A DNA stretch of 63,995 nt, filler included, from Collodictyon triciliatum (GCA_043381765.1; 31 parts of 31 records of this genome joined end to end with filler, not necessarily neighbours in it); one strand, 5' to 3'. Positions 1 to 12,369 are shown, counted from the first letter of the whole stretch. Program-made: numbers and translations. Notes: generated by a model not told the origin, from the letters alone.

Positions 1-172
1 AATAAAATAAAATAAAATAAAATAAAATAAAATAAAATAAAATAAAATAAAATAAAATAAAATAAAATAAAATAAAATAAAATAAAATAAAATAAAAAAG
101 TAAAAAAGAAAAGAAAAAGGCAAGACATTTGGAGTGACATACAAATCTTTTAACCCCAAATGAATATAGGCC

Positions 173-1609
173 ATGGAGACAGGCAGCACGCAAGGGACGT
201 CGTTTCCTTGGAGATCCCTGTCTATTTTTTTTGTCCTTCTGGTCTTGGTCACTTCCATGTTCATTCTTGTGACAGCGCAATATGACTCAGCCCTGAATCC
301 ATTCCAAAGCGATGCCGACCCCAAAGTCTTTGGGGAGCAACCCGGGAGTGACAGCGAATTAGAGCAAAATAACGGGCATGAAGCAGCGATTTTCACGCAA
401 GAAAGCACCGCCATTAGGCCCCAACAAAAAGTGTCTGGCCGCTCGCGAAAGCCTGCCCGGGCGCCTGACCTGAAAGTCGGCAAGTTTTCGTGGGAGATTC
501 AGCCGGTATATCAGAACCGAGAGACACCCGGCGACTCTCGCAAGGTAATCCTGGTAAAGACTCACAAGACCGCCTCCACAACCTTGGCATCCATTTTTCT
601 GCGCATGGCTGATATGCACAACCTGCGGGTCTACGTCCCTCCAGTGGGGACAGCTAACCCACTGATGACCGTGCATCCAGCCAAGGTTCCGCCCCCGCCC
701 CCAGAGTATGAGCCAACTACTGAGGTGCCCAACGACCCGTATGCCGACAAACGATACGATGTTTGGATTTTGCATACTCAATATCGGCCAGTCTGGCTTC
801 GCCGCTTTGTTCCTGGAGGACTCTTTGTTACCTCTGTGCGTGATCCTGCCGAAAGGTTTGTATCAGAGTGGTTTCATTTAAACGGTCCGAAAAGGTCGGG
901 GTACCCCACAGTTAGAGAATGGGTGAATGCTGTCGAGAAGACGCTCAATGAAGGGAAGAATCTCACGGCAGAGCTAGAGTCTATGCGGAATCTCCTAGCC
1001 AAAGAGTTAACACCGTTTCCTATTCACCAGCCACTGTTTCTAAGTAGCCCAATCTTTCAGGATGTGCTGCGTGATATTCGGGATACTAGATATATGGGTC
1101 TTGGTCAGGGAAAGTCCGACAGGAAAAGGCCTGCATTAAGAGCCATTCTATCGGAATATTTCGAAGAAGGGGTTCTGGCTATGGCCTACGAATGGGGTTG
1201 GCCTTTGTCTGATGTTGTTTACATATCACAGAATAATGGTTCATCCACTCATTATCCAAAAATCCCTTCCCAGGACCCACGGAACGATGAAGTTTTGATG
1301 AGGAAACTCCGCGACATAAATGATTTGGATGATGTCGTCTACAATGTAGCAAAGAAGGCTCACATGGAAAAAATCCAAGGACTCCCCAAACACTGGAAAA
1401 AAGATTTGCAGAAACTTCGAGCTGCAAACAATGCATACAGAGTGTATTGTCGCATCAATCCAACATCGCAATACTGCCGAGTAGCGAAGTCAAATCCTAC
1501 CACGTGGCTGAAAGTTTATCGGAAATACTATGGCAAAAATGCGAATGTAGGAGGCAAATTTCCCTTTTTCAAGAAGAAAGCTGGTCACATAAACCCATCC
1601 AACAAGTAG
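173..1609 (+). CDS. Galactose-3-O-sulfotransferase family Golgi sulfotransferase (type II membrane), intronless, 478 aa
   Basis: N-terminal TM segment; 5'-PAPS-binding motif VILVKTHKTASTT; 3'-PB motif TSVRDPAERFVS; complete ORF. Confidence 0.85.
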   Translation: METGSTQGTSFPWRSLSIFFVLLVLVTSMFILVTAQYDSALNPFQSDADPKVFGEQPGSDSELEQNNGHEAAIFTQESTAIRPQQKVSGRSRKPARAPDLKVGKFSWEIQPVYQNRETPGDSRKVILVKTHKTASTTLASIFLRMADMHNLRVYVPPVGTANPLMTVHPAKVPPPPPEYEPTTEVPNDPYADKRYDVWILHTQYRPVWLRRFVPGGLFVTSVRDPAERFVSEWFHLNGPKRSGYPTVREWVNAVEKTLNEGKNLTAELESMRNLLAKELTPFPIHQPLFLSSPIFQDVLRDIRDTRYMGLGQGKSDRKRPALRAILSEYFEEGVLAMAYEWGWPLSDVVYISQNNGSSTHYPKIPSQDPRNDEVLMRKLRDINDLDDVVYNVAKKAHMEKIQGLPKHWKKDLQKLRAANNAYRVYCRINPTSQYCRVAKSNPTTWLKVYRKYYGKNANVGGKFPFFKKKAGHINPSNK

Positions 1610-1687
1610 TAGTGGTAGACCATTCAGCTGTATCGAAGCAATTAAATAAGATGCTAAAAGATTCTATAAAATGCAATAAAATTACGA

Positions 1688-1735
<48 letters not shown>

Positions 1736-1777
1736 TATTCCTATCTCACGACTTAAAAAAAAAAAAAAAAAATTTAG

Positions 1778-1810
<33 letters not shown>

Positions 1811-1898
1811 TCAACTGTTCATCGAGGAGACCAACCCACACACTAAAAAAACGAGATAAAATAAGCATGGAGGGAAAAGGCGAGAAGCAGGACAAATA

Positions 1899-1998
1899 NN
1901 NNNNNNNNNNNNNNNNNNNNNNNNNNNNNNNNNNNNNNNNNNTTAATTAATTAANNNNNNNNNNNNNNNNNNNNNNNNNNNNNNNNNNNNNNNNNNNN
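1899..1998. other. Artificial contig linker N44-TTAATTAATTAA-N44, recurring about every 2 kb (first of about 30)
   Basis: Identical 100-bp spacer; TTAATTAATTAA gives stops in all six frames; contig lengths fall from about 1897 to 1885 bp along the window. Confidence 0.98.
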
Positions 1999-2035
1999 TT
2001 TGCATATGCATTTGGTTAATTAGATGCTCCATTCA

Positions 2036-3233
2036 TTTGTCCAGCTCGTTTTCATCAAGACCAATGCGCGACACATAAAGAACACTGATGGACAGACAAA
2101 CAATATCTTTTCCTAAAATTTATTACGTAAATTTAATAAAAGCATATTAAAAATATCACTATCAGATGTATCACAAAACCGTATTTCTTTTCCCAGCAAC
2201 TCATCACAATGTCGAACAAATCGACAACTCCTATCGTCCCCAGCATTTCACGAAGCTCGGTGTATACTCTTTCATACACTCCAAAGACACGAAGCTCATC
2301 CAGTACAATGCGCAGGTAGAGTGGATGACCTGTTCTTGTATGCATCTTAAAAAAATATTTGTACAATAAATTGTAATTAAATCGAATCACAAGTTACAAT
2401 CACATGTATCACCACATCATTCAGTATCACATCCATCTGTTTCTCGTTCAAAGTCTTGTTGTAGCGCTTGAAGAAAGAGGTGGCTGCTTGTCTGATTCCG
2501 ACATCGTCAAGCTTCGACACAGGAATGACATCTAGCCTTGCTGACTTGGCAACCTATTCAAAAGCGATTGGGTTAATCCAAATGTATTTAATCCTCGAAT
2601 AAAGAACAAATATCCCATAAATCGTGGGTGTCGATGGTTGATGCGACGATGGAAGTGTTCTTTATTGTCTTTTTGGGAAGCCATTCAAGGCGGTGGACGT
2701 TTTTGCTTTGATCTGAATTAACCAACTGGTTGAATGCATCGATGACCATGATAACCTGCTTTTTCCTGATTTGATAGGTTTTTTAGATAGTATTTATTTC
2801 TTTAATTAAAAAATGAGATAGTTGAAATTGACTCATTTCTTGATGCAAGCTTGAGTATGTAATCTAGTCCCTTCTTCAAAGCTTCCTTCCCTGCAACAAG
2901 GCATAAAACAGAATTAATGCTTATGTAACACGTTGAATGAAAAATACTGCAGACATCTTCACCATCCTGCACAAAATTGAAAGGAAGAATAAAAAAAAAT
3001 GAAAAATACTGCAGAAAAATAACCCAATTATCATTTGACATGTAAACCTTCTTCTGAGTCAAGTTTCAGCTCGATTGCTTCATTTTCAACAAGAATGCGA
3101 GCTACATGCTCCACCAAATTATTACGAATGGGGATTAAAATCTATAACCCCAATTATAGAGTATATACTCAGATTGTTTGATTATTCTTACTTTTTCCAC
3201 GTAGTTACTCAGGTTTGAGCAACCGACAAAGTG
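2036..3233 (-). pseudogene. NACHT/P-loop NTPase of TEP1/NPHP3/TTC41 type, multi-exon fragment, probably inactivated
   Basis: Spliced peptides HFVGCSNLSNY, VIMVIDAFNQL (Walker B), LEWLP, GHPLYLRIVLDELRVFG and SRIGLDENEL; LINE tail abuts the HFVG exon; one phase-0 donor reads ATTTGT; in-frame TGA after ENELDK. Confidence 0.7.
2954..2997 (+). mobile_element. 44-bp 3'-terminal stub of LINE family A with poly(A), flanked by a perfect 18-bp TSD (2936-2953 / 2998-3015)
   Basis: Insert is the exact reverse complement of about 3236-3279; flanking direct repeat AATGAAAAATACTGCAGA. Confidence 0.9.
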
Positions 3234-3234
3234 A

Positions 3235-3895
3235 TTTTTTTTATTCTTCCTTTCAATTTTGTGCAGGATGGTGAAGATGTTGGCTTTGGTTCGCTAGTCA
3301 TCGTTTGCGTGGACGCTACTTGGTGGCCGGGTGGCGGAGAAGTAGTCGGTAATCAGGAATTGCATCCTGCAGTTTGGCCTGTAGCCCGGGTCTTGTGCTT
3401 GCATGAGAGATACAAGGCGAGGTTGAATCTCTTTCTCAGCTTCTTTCCACATGTCTCTTTTCACAGGGTCTGAGTAGTAGAGGACGTGCAGGTGGCGAAG
3501 AAAGCTATTGAGGAAAGAGATTTGTATTATGTCATTCAGCCTGTTATCAGGAATGGGTGGCTGGTTGTTGAGTCTTGCTTTGCGTGAGTATATGCGCGCT
3601 ACCCACATAGTCCATAGCAAATGGCCTCGCGTTACTACCCAGAATGTTTTTGCATCTGGACGCAGCTGTCGCAGAGGCCCAAATATCCCCTGGATTGGGA
3701 TAACAGCTGCAGCCGTCTTGAGTGTCAGTCGAAGAATCTCACCGGCTGTTTCGCGCAGGTTTTGAGCGAAGGGACATTGCACAAATGTGTCTCCATGGAT
3801 TCATCACCGTTGCTGCAAAGTGTGCATTGTCGGGAGACTTTGCCAGCTTTTGCCGCGCGTGTGTCTATCCATAGCTCCCTATTGGTGATGTTAAG
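3235..3895 (-). mobile_element. Non-LTR retrotransposon (LINE family A) 3' end: ORF2 zf-RVT C-terminus, short 3'UTR, poly(A)
   Basis: CTLC...H...C zinc finger (frameshifted here); ORF stop at 3294; poly(T) at 3235-3242 on +; close homologues at about 14006, 19074 and 50188. Confidence 0.88.
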
Positions 3896-4127
3896 NNNNN
3901 NNNNNNNNNNNNNNNNNNNNNNNNNNNNNNNNNNNNNNNTTAATTAATTAANNNNNNNNNNNNNNNNNNNNNNNNNNNNNNNNNNNNNNNNNNNNTTTTT
4001 CTTTCTTCTTTCTTCTTTCTTCTTTCTTCTTTCTTCTTTCTTCTTTCTTCTTTCTTCTTTCTTCTTTCTTCTTTCTTCTTTCTTCTTTCTTCTTATTCTT
4101 TTTCTTTACTAATTGTTGTTTATTTAG

Positions 4128-4794
4128 CTCCTTTCCCTGGAATCATTGACAGACGCGTGGAGTCAGCAAATAGCAAAAAACATCGTCTTTTTAAGCGGGG
4201 TCATGGTGAAATACGTATGATTCTCCAGTAGTTGTATATATACATATCAATATATCTTGTGTTGACTTCCTATGCCATAATGAAGAATCACTCATAAAGA
4301 AAAAATTTTAAAAAATAGCCTGGTGTTTGCAGCGTTCAAAAGGTTCGTGAAAATGAGGACGATGGCCAGAATGAAGAGGATAACAGTGACAGCGAAACTG
4401 ATGAAAAGAAGAAGCGCCCTGGCGTCATTTCGAATGTCGGGCTGAATTGGTTGCTGCATCGTCTTTCGTATATGGGTCGATTTGGTGACAAAACACATGT
4501 GAGTTTTATCTCTCCAACTATGATTTGAAAGCTTCAAATAACAGCGGCAAAAAAAAAAAAAAGAAGTTAAAATATGATTCCTATTCATTATTCAAGCAGA
4601 ATGTAAACAAGTTTCTCTGGCCACTCATAGTTTCCTACCTAAAAAAAAAATCTAGAGACTTCCAATATTCAAGATATTGATTGCACTCCCCTCAAAGTAC
4701 GGCAGTGAACCCTTTGAACCATACTTGCATCTCATTGTATCGCCATTCTACCGGACAACACTTATATATGACCCACACATGCACGGTTTGTTAA

Positions 4795-4846
<52 letters not shown>

Positions 4847-5668
4847 GTATTCAATTAAAAAAAAGGAAAAGAACCTCACTTTTAGAGTTACTCGACATTT
4901 TATCCAGTTCTGACTTGCAACCACTGCCACTGATGGCTTCTTAATCTAATGTGAATCGACGCAAATTTATTCTAAACCCACTCTGTATTTCAGAGGATAT
5001 ACGCACGTTTGCACAGGAGGCTCTTGGGTTGTTAAAGGCGCAATTCAAGGAATCATTTGTTGCTGCCACTGACCGTGTGCGCCGTGTGGTGGGAATTCCA
5101 TATCGCATCGCCACATTTTCTATTCATTTTCACAAATAATTGTCATCTTGGCAAAAGCACCCGGCTATTTCTTTTGTTTATTTTATTGGTCTGAAACAAT
5201 CTCCAGAAAAAGTACCTCTTAAAGTGGTAAAGTTAAAATGAACTTGGCATGTATCTATAAATATATATGTTCTCTTTTGGATGGGATATTCATCGTGTTG
5301 TTTTCAGGTGGAAGGAATCCGCAGAAAGAGGAAGATTAGGGATGCACAGGAGGCCATCAGCGACCCGCTGGGATATGCTGTCAAGAAACAAAGACAAAAG
5401 CAAAGTATGAAGAAGAAAAATCAGTATTGGGAGTCTTTCAAATGTTTATTCTCGTCACAGGTTTTAATCCAAATATACTTTGCGGTAACTCCATCCCTGA
5501 TATTTTTGTAGGACGTGCAGAGTCGAAGAAGAAATTGAAAAAGGCCAAAAAGGACCAGTGTTGAAGAGCAACATCTGGCAGTGGATTAGCCGACTCGCCG
5601 GATCAAACAAATCGGCCATTCATTCAACTAATGGAATTCATAAAGCTCCGAAACGAAAGCGACGCGTG
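4128..5668 (+). CDS. UTP20: U3 snoRNP/SSU processome component UTP20, C-terminal exons (partial)
   Basis: Spliced peptides QQIAKNIVFL, LNWLLHRLSYMGR, PYLHLIVSPFYR, AQEALGLLK, RRKRKIRDAQEAISDP; GT-AG introns. Confidence 0.75.
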
Positions 5669-5789
5669 GTCTTTTTATTCACTTATTTGCATTCGCTCCT
5701 TTTTTTCTTTTTTTTTTTATCTCTCTCTCTCTTGCGTTTTACTTTTCCTGTTATCATATATTATCCTTTATTATTTTTTTAGTTTGTTC

Positions 5790-5892
<103 letters not shown>

Positions 5893-6098
5893 NNNNNNNN
5901 NNNNNNNNNNNNNNNNNNNNNNNNNNNNNNNNNNNNTTAATTAATTAANNNNNNNNNNNNNNNNNNNNNNNNNNNNNNNNNNNNNNNNNNNNTTTTTTTT
6001 AAAAAAAAAAAAAAAAAAAAAAAGAGAAAAGGGAAAAAATGAATTAAACTTTGTGTATATTTTTTTCTTCTTGGGGGGGGGGGGCAAGATGCCAATGC

Positions 6099-7677
6099 TC
6101 ATAAATCAGAAAAGAAAGCAGCATTGGACCGCCGTGAACCAGGCTTCCTCGACGCAGGCTTCCTCGACGCTTGCGACTGCTCCTCCGCGCCTGCAGACTC
6201 ACCATCCATTGTTTGGCCCTCTTCAGACGGGGCCGCAGATACCGGCTTCGAGTGGAGATAGCGCACGTCCCAGAACTTGACCGTATTGTCGTGCGAGCAG
6301 CTGGCTAGCATTTGCTTATCTGCTGTGAGGTCAAGCCGCTCCACGGGATACCCTTCGTGCTCTCCAACCACGCCGCTGATAAAGTTGGGTTGGATGTGCA
6401 CGCAACTTGAAAAGATAATAATGAAAAAGTGAATATAGTATTCAAGGGTATCATAGACAAACAAAAAAAAGTTACAAAAAAAAAAAAAGTCATCTCGCAA
6501 GGACAAGACAAATGTAAAATAAAAATAATTTCGAGTGATATATTCTTGATGGAAAGTAACAAAAAGATGGCGCTACGATTTTATTGCATTTCCTTTATAC
6601 AAATACTTCACAACGAAAGTGAAATAAAATGAAATAATAATATGAGTCGAATGATGTACCTCTTCAAGTGAAATAGTAAAGATGATAGATTGCAAATAGG
6701 ACAAATTTTGTGGCAAAAGCAAACCGAATGATTCCGTCGCTCGACCCAGTCAGAAGGTAGTGGTCATTCAAGGCTACCATCGTGTCAATAGACTCTGGGT
6801 GCCCAAGCATGCGTTCTTTCATATCGCCCCAGTCATCCCAATTCCATATTGTTAGAATACCTGGCTGAGTACCACAGACAACTTTTCGACCTCCCTGGAA
6901 AAAATGAACGCAGGAATCGAGGAGGTTATGCAAAAGGGAGAAGAAAAAAGACAAAAGATAAAAGACAAAAGATAAAAGACAAAAGACAAAAGACAAAAGA
7001 CAAAAGACAAAAGATAAAAGACAAAAGACAAAAGACAAAAGACAAAAGACAAAAGACAAAAGACAAAAGACAAAAGACAAAAGACAAAAGACAAAAGACA
7101 AAAGACAAAAGACAAAAGGTATATACAGTATCTAAATGAACTGTAAGAATTGTGGATTCAACGAGTAAAGCTTGGCCATGTTAAAAATAAAATGACATTT
7201 CATGGTAAAGCACCTTCATTACGACGATGGAGAGCAACTCATCCTCAAGTTCGTCCGATGCTGCTTCAAGTTTTCCTTTTCGGAGGTCGAGAACAACCAG
7301 TGTTCCATCGCCACTGTATGTGAACACAGTTTAGTACATGAGTTAGTGTGACGTAAGATGTTTTATAAATCGTTAGATATTCCCTTTTGTGTCAAAGGAA
7401 GAAAGGAGGAGATATCATGAATTGATTTTATTCGACGAAAAGAAAAAAAAAGAAGGAAGGTATTGAATAAATGAGAAAAATAAAAAAATTTGAGGCACAA
7501 AACGAAGTAGAATTCACGTGTTTAATATAAAACCAAAGTTTGTTTTTGTCCGTCCTATTCAACTTGCCTTGTAACCAATAAAAGATTCGGAACATCCGGA
7601 CGAACAGCAAAGTCTGATATAAAGTCTTTGTTCTCCTCAAACTTCTTTGCCTCTTTTTGTTGTCGGACATCCCACAG
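6099..7677 (-). CDS. WDR55: WD40 protein WDR55/Jip5, 3' exons (partial)
   Basis: LWDVR...DFISDF, TSGDGTL, EDELLS, GRKVVCGTQ, GHPESID, TGSSDGIIR, LASCSHDNTVKFWD, C-terminal FFSDL. Confidence 0.9.
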
Positions 7678-8306
7678 CTAAAAACAATTATTAAATTTTG
7701 ATTTTCCTTTCAAAACATGAGTAGTGATATCCGAATAAAAAATTCTAGGAAATATCTAGCCTTTGCATTTTATACATACATACATACATACATACATACA
7801 TACATACATACATACATACATACATACATACATACATACATACATACATACATACATACATACATACATACATACATACATACATACATNNNNNNNNNNN
7901 NNNNNNNNNNNNNNNNNNNNNNNNNNNNNNNNNTTAATTAATTAANNNNNNNNNNNNNNNNNNNNNNNNNNNNNNNNNNNNNNNNNNNNAAATCAAAAAT
8001 CAAAAATCAAAAATCAAAAATCAAAAATCAAAAATCAAAAATCAAAAATCAAAAATCAAAAATCAAAAATCAAAAATCAAAAATCAAAAATCAAAAATCA
8101 AAAATCAAAAATCAAAAATCAAAAATCAAAAATCAAAAATCAAAATTAAGCAGCAGAAATATGGGTGTTGGATTTGAATGTTAATCCTCGCGGGGTGTGC
8201 AATATGTTTATTTTTATTCCTTTCCAATTATGTGAAAGGTGCCGCATGAATTATAATAACACATGATCTATTTCCCTTCGCTTTGCTATACAGATACCGT
8301 GCAATT

Positions 8307-9835
8307 ATGGCTGAGCCGTCGGTAACTGTTCTTTTCTTATATCCATGATAATTCCTTCCCAATAGGTTGGTTTATTTTACGCAAACGATTGCCTCTCTCT
8401 AATCCTTTTCAAACAGGCCTCTTCCCATGATAAACCTGGCGACCGCACTTCAAACTTACTCGCTCCATTTTCCAATGTCAAGAATTTCGTGGGTGCCGGA
8501 GTCGGAGCTCTTACACATGCCGTCAGTCATTCACCAACACCACTCGAATTGGCGCCGATGCCTCTAGTCTATGTAAAGGGAGGTCCGAAAGACGTGGTGA
8601 GGCTGGATTTATCTCTTGTCTTTATACATTTATGTGTTTTTTTTTTTGGGTTTGTTTTTATTTTGTTTTATATCTGTACTACTTGTATGAAAAAATCACA
8701 TGAAAGGCCGAATACTGAGATATTTAGTTCAATGACTCATCATATATTTCTTTTCTCACTTATCAACTTTGTTCTTATGCTGCCTCCGGGTCAGGACTCT
8801 ATGAAGAGACTGAGACACCAAGTTGTCTATCTGGGCCATGCCACACATCTCGTCTCCTTGTGCGAAGAAGACCAGACTCTATGCTCGAAGTTGTGCGAGG
8901 TTCTGCTCATTCGCCACCACTCATTTCTTACCCGGCTTTTGATTGCAGAGAATCGTTCGAACTTGCGGTGGATTTATAACCAATATCCTTTTTCCGCTGT
9001 AGAGCATCGACTTCGTGATATACATGCTGAATCATCTTTCAAGCAAAGACAAGCGCGTGGTCACTGTGACGCTTCAACTCTACAATATGATTGCATCAGA
9101 AAGCCAGTGCGTTGACCCATCTGACTCGATGGATTTCTCTGTCCAGAATTTTATCGCTATCTCAATAACTGTGTTCTTTAGTGGAATTGAGAAAAAAAAA
9201 AAAAGAGAGAAAGAAAAGAAAGGGAAAAGAGAAGTGATCCATCACACAATGAATTAATAGGCCACATGCAATATGCAATTATACTTACACCTACTAAATC
9301 GCATTCGCATAAAGAGAAAAGCGCACCCAACTGGTCACAACTGGAGTCCTTCAGAACATTATTGCATTCTTTGATGATGTTCGTGTCTCACCCGACCGAA
9401 ATTCACAGGCGATAGATTTGATGATGGATTTCTTCACGTGAGTTTCAGTGACAAAAAGAAAAAAGAAAAAAGAAAAAAGAAAAAAGAAAAAAGAAAAAAG
9501 AAAAAAGAAAAAAGAAAAAAGAAAAAAGAAAAAAGAAAAAAGAAAAAAAAGAAAAAGAATAAGGAAAAAAGAAGAAGCAAAAGAAAACTAATAGATAAAC
9601 CGGAAATAAAAAAGAGATTAATAGGAGAACACTGCTTGAATCATACGTCTCTAGTTCAAAATTATTAGTTATATGTCTCATGAATATTTCATGAAATTAA
9701 CATGCTTGTCATTATTTCGATCACAGGATTATGTCTGGTGATGCACCAGTGCGCGCATTGAGTGTAAAGAGCGGGCTCAGAAACAAGGTGGAGACTCTCG
9801 TCACCGCAACCACGAACGAAACAATCAGAAAAAAG
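8307..9835 (+). CDS. Hypothetical multi-exon protein, possibly armadillo/HEAT-like (partial)
   Basis: In-frame GT-AG exons giving amphipathic helices (SIDFVIYMLNHLSSKDKRVVTVTLQLYNMIA; RTQLVTTGVLQNIIAFF). Confidence 0.45.
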
Positions 9836-10351
9836 GTTGATTGTCTCCACTCATAAAAGATAAAAGATAAAAGATAAAAGATAAAAGATAAAAGATAAAA
9901 GATAAANNNNNNNNNNNNNNNNNNNNNNNNNNNNNNNNNNNNNNNNNNNNTTAATTAATTAANNNNNNNNNNNNNNNNNNNNNNNNNNNNNNNNNNNNNN
10001 NNNNNNTTTGTTTTTTGTTTTTTGTTTTGTTTTTTTGTTATTGTTTTTGTTTAGTATCATTTTGTGCTTGGTTGTGTTTTTTCGTTTTCGTTTTCGTTTT
10101 TGTTACTATTATTTGCTTGGTGAATTTTAAATGGAATTGTGCGATTATTCATATTTTTGACATCGTCTGCTTCGTGATGCAATCGAAGACTCAACCAAAG
10201 ACAAAAACAAATAAAAAGAAGAGATATTTGCTTTGTTGGCCTGTTTTTTTTTTTCTTATAAATTGTATTATCATCCATTCATGGGTTATTAATATTCCAT
10301 TTTATTTTCGTGTTGCCTGCCTCAGTTAGTTCTTGGACGGGCTTTCCTCTG

Positions 10352-10410
<59 letters not shown>

Positions 10411-10884
10411 NNNNNNNNNNNNNNNNNNNNNNNNNNNNNNNNNNNNNNNNNNNNNNNNNNNNNNNNNNNNNNNNNNNNNNNNNNNNNNNNNNNNNNNNNN
10501 NNNNNNNNNNNNNNNNNNNNNNNNNNNNNNNNNNNNNNNNNNNNNNNNNNNNNNNNNNNNNNNNNNNNNNNNNNNNNNNNNNNNNNNNNNNNNNNNNNNN
10601 NNNNNNNNNNNNNNNNNNNNNNNNNNNNNNNNNNNNNNNNNNNNNNNNNNNNNNNNNNNNNNNNNNNNNNNNNNNNNNNNNNNNNNNNNNNNNNNNNNNN
10701 NNNNNNNNNNNNNNNNNNNNNNNNNNNNNNNNNNNNNNNNNNNNNNNNNNNNNNNNNNNNNNNNNNNNNNNNNNNNCAAAAATTCTAAGAAGCAGAAACG
10801 AATCAATCAAGCGTACCTTCCATTTTGTGTTCAATATATCATCTTCACCTCCCCGCCTGAAGTTTTTGTAATCAAACCAACTAG

Positions 10885-11648
10885 AACAGAACTGACGGTC
10901 GGGCTGCTTACAACCTTACCACGGCCTTTCCCAAGCAAGTATTCTCCGACCCTGATGCATTAAACTTGACTTTAGATCTCGCTGGCTTATGTCCGAGTGG
11001 TACACTCATTATGACGGTATCCATTTATCTTTATCTGCACACTTCTATTTTGTCTTAAAATAACTTACTATACTACTAAAAAAAAATTATAATTATTAGC
11101 ATTACGCCCATTATGTTTATGTTGTTCATATTGTGTTATTTATTCTTGTCAGTGACATTATCATCGCCACCCTCATAGTCATATATTTCTCCTCTTTTCC
11201 TTTGAATTATTTAGCCGACAGAGTCCTCGCAACCAGAAACCCAGGTTCATGAAACACCTAGTCACGCATCTTTTGATTACATGCAGGCTCCACTCCCTCG
11301 TTCCCTGGTAATGCCCCTATCAATAGAGTATTCACAGACAGCAATTTGGATTATTTTGATGTTACTACTCACAATAACAAAATAGGTTGAGCGCTCTTCG
11401 AATTCAGCACAATCTCGGGGCTTTTGGTGTGAGAAACCAAGTCGATTAATATGCGAAAAAATTATCTCGTACCTAAAACTATTTTAATCATCTAATCACT
11501 CTTTATGAAATATATCCACAGACTATGTCTCATATTTGAATCCAATGTCGTACATTTGGGATGATGATGATGAATTGGCGCAATACTCCAACCAGACTAA
11601 CACTACCCAGCAACGCAATACAACACGACAAGCGACACGTTCATCAAG
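10885..11648 (+). CDS. UBX-domain protein (p97/Cdc48 cofactor, UBXN4/PUX-like), partial
   Basis: YNLTTAFPKQVF...TLDLAGLCPSGTLIM (UBX FPR-loop region), followed by a short hydrophobic FWYYVSYLNPMSYIW segment. Confidence 0.75.
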
Positions 11649-12099
11649 GTGGCGTAGTATGAGCTCACACAACGAACCAATGATGAGATCAAATATTCTA
11701 CTTGTTTTTTTCTTGCTTTTTGTTTTTTGTTTTTGTTTTTGTTTTTGTTTTTGTTTTTGTTTTTGTTTTTGTTTTTGTTTTTGTTTTTGTTTTTGTTTTT
11801 GTTTTTGTTTTCTTTGTTTTTGTTTTTGTTTTTGTTTTTGTTTTTGTTTTCTTTGTTTCTGTTTTTGTTTTCTTTGTTTTTGTTTTTGTTTTCTTTGTTT
11901 CNNNNNNNNNNNNNNNNNNNNNNNNNNNNNNNNNNNNNNNNNNNNTTAATTAATTAANNNNNNNNNNNNNNNNNNNNNNNNNNNNNNNNNNNNNNNNNNN
12001 NAATGGCATACATATAAAACTAATTAGTTCGATTTGACTGAGCAATAAGATAAGCAGAAAGGTCATTTCATCATCATCCTATCTGCATGAGCGACGACC

Positions 12100-12369
12100 A
12101 AGTAAATTCCCATAATTCGAGAAGGAAATAAGAAAAAATGGCTGCAAAATGATAGCATAATGAGTCGCCTGAAAAAAAAAAGCGAAGGCGGACTAGCAAA
12201 TATGCAGGTTTACGACAGGCGAAGGAAGCAAAGGGAGACACTGCAGCAAATAGAAGAATGGCTTCATGACCAAGCAATCCGCGCAATCAATCGAAGAGAA
12301 CAAGAAAAACCAGATGAAAGGGTTAGTAGCCCACATGACAAAGCCATCAACTCATTGAGAGCAACATAA
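12100..12369 (+). mobile_element. Possible decayed LINE ORF2 fragment (post-RT region)
   Basis: KKW...SRLKKKSEGGLANM resembles the W...PKxxGGL motif downstream of LINE RT; short and degenerate. Confidence 0.3.

Noticed and set aside
1943-1954. Regularly spaced palindromic TTAATTAATTAA as a CRISPR-like or biological repeat
   Set aside because: Always embedded in 44+44 Ns; it is an assembly linker with six-frame stops
6849-7139. Low-complexity ORFs (KRQKTKD, FCFC, poly-F/K/N and similar)
   Set aside because: Translations of intronic or contig-end microsatellites
8983-8992. ATATCCTTTT as an AT-AC U12 donor
   Set aside because: It sits in the 3' tract of an ordinary GT-AG intron (about 8900-9002) that already preserves the frame
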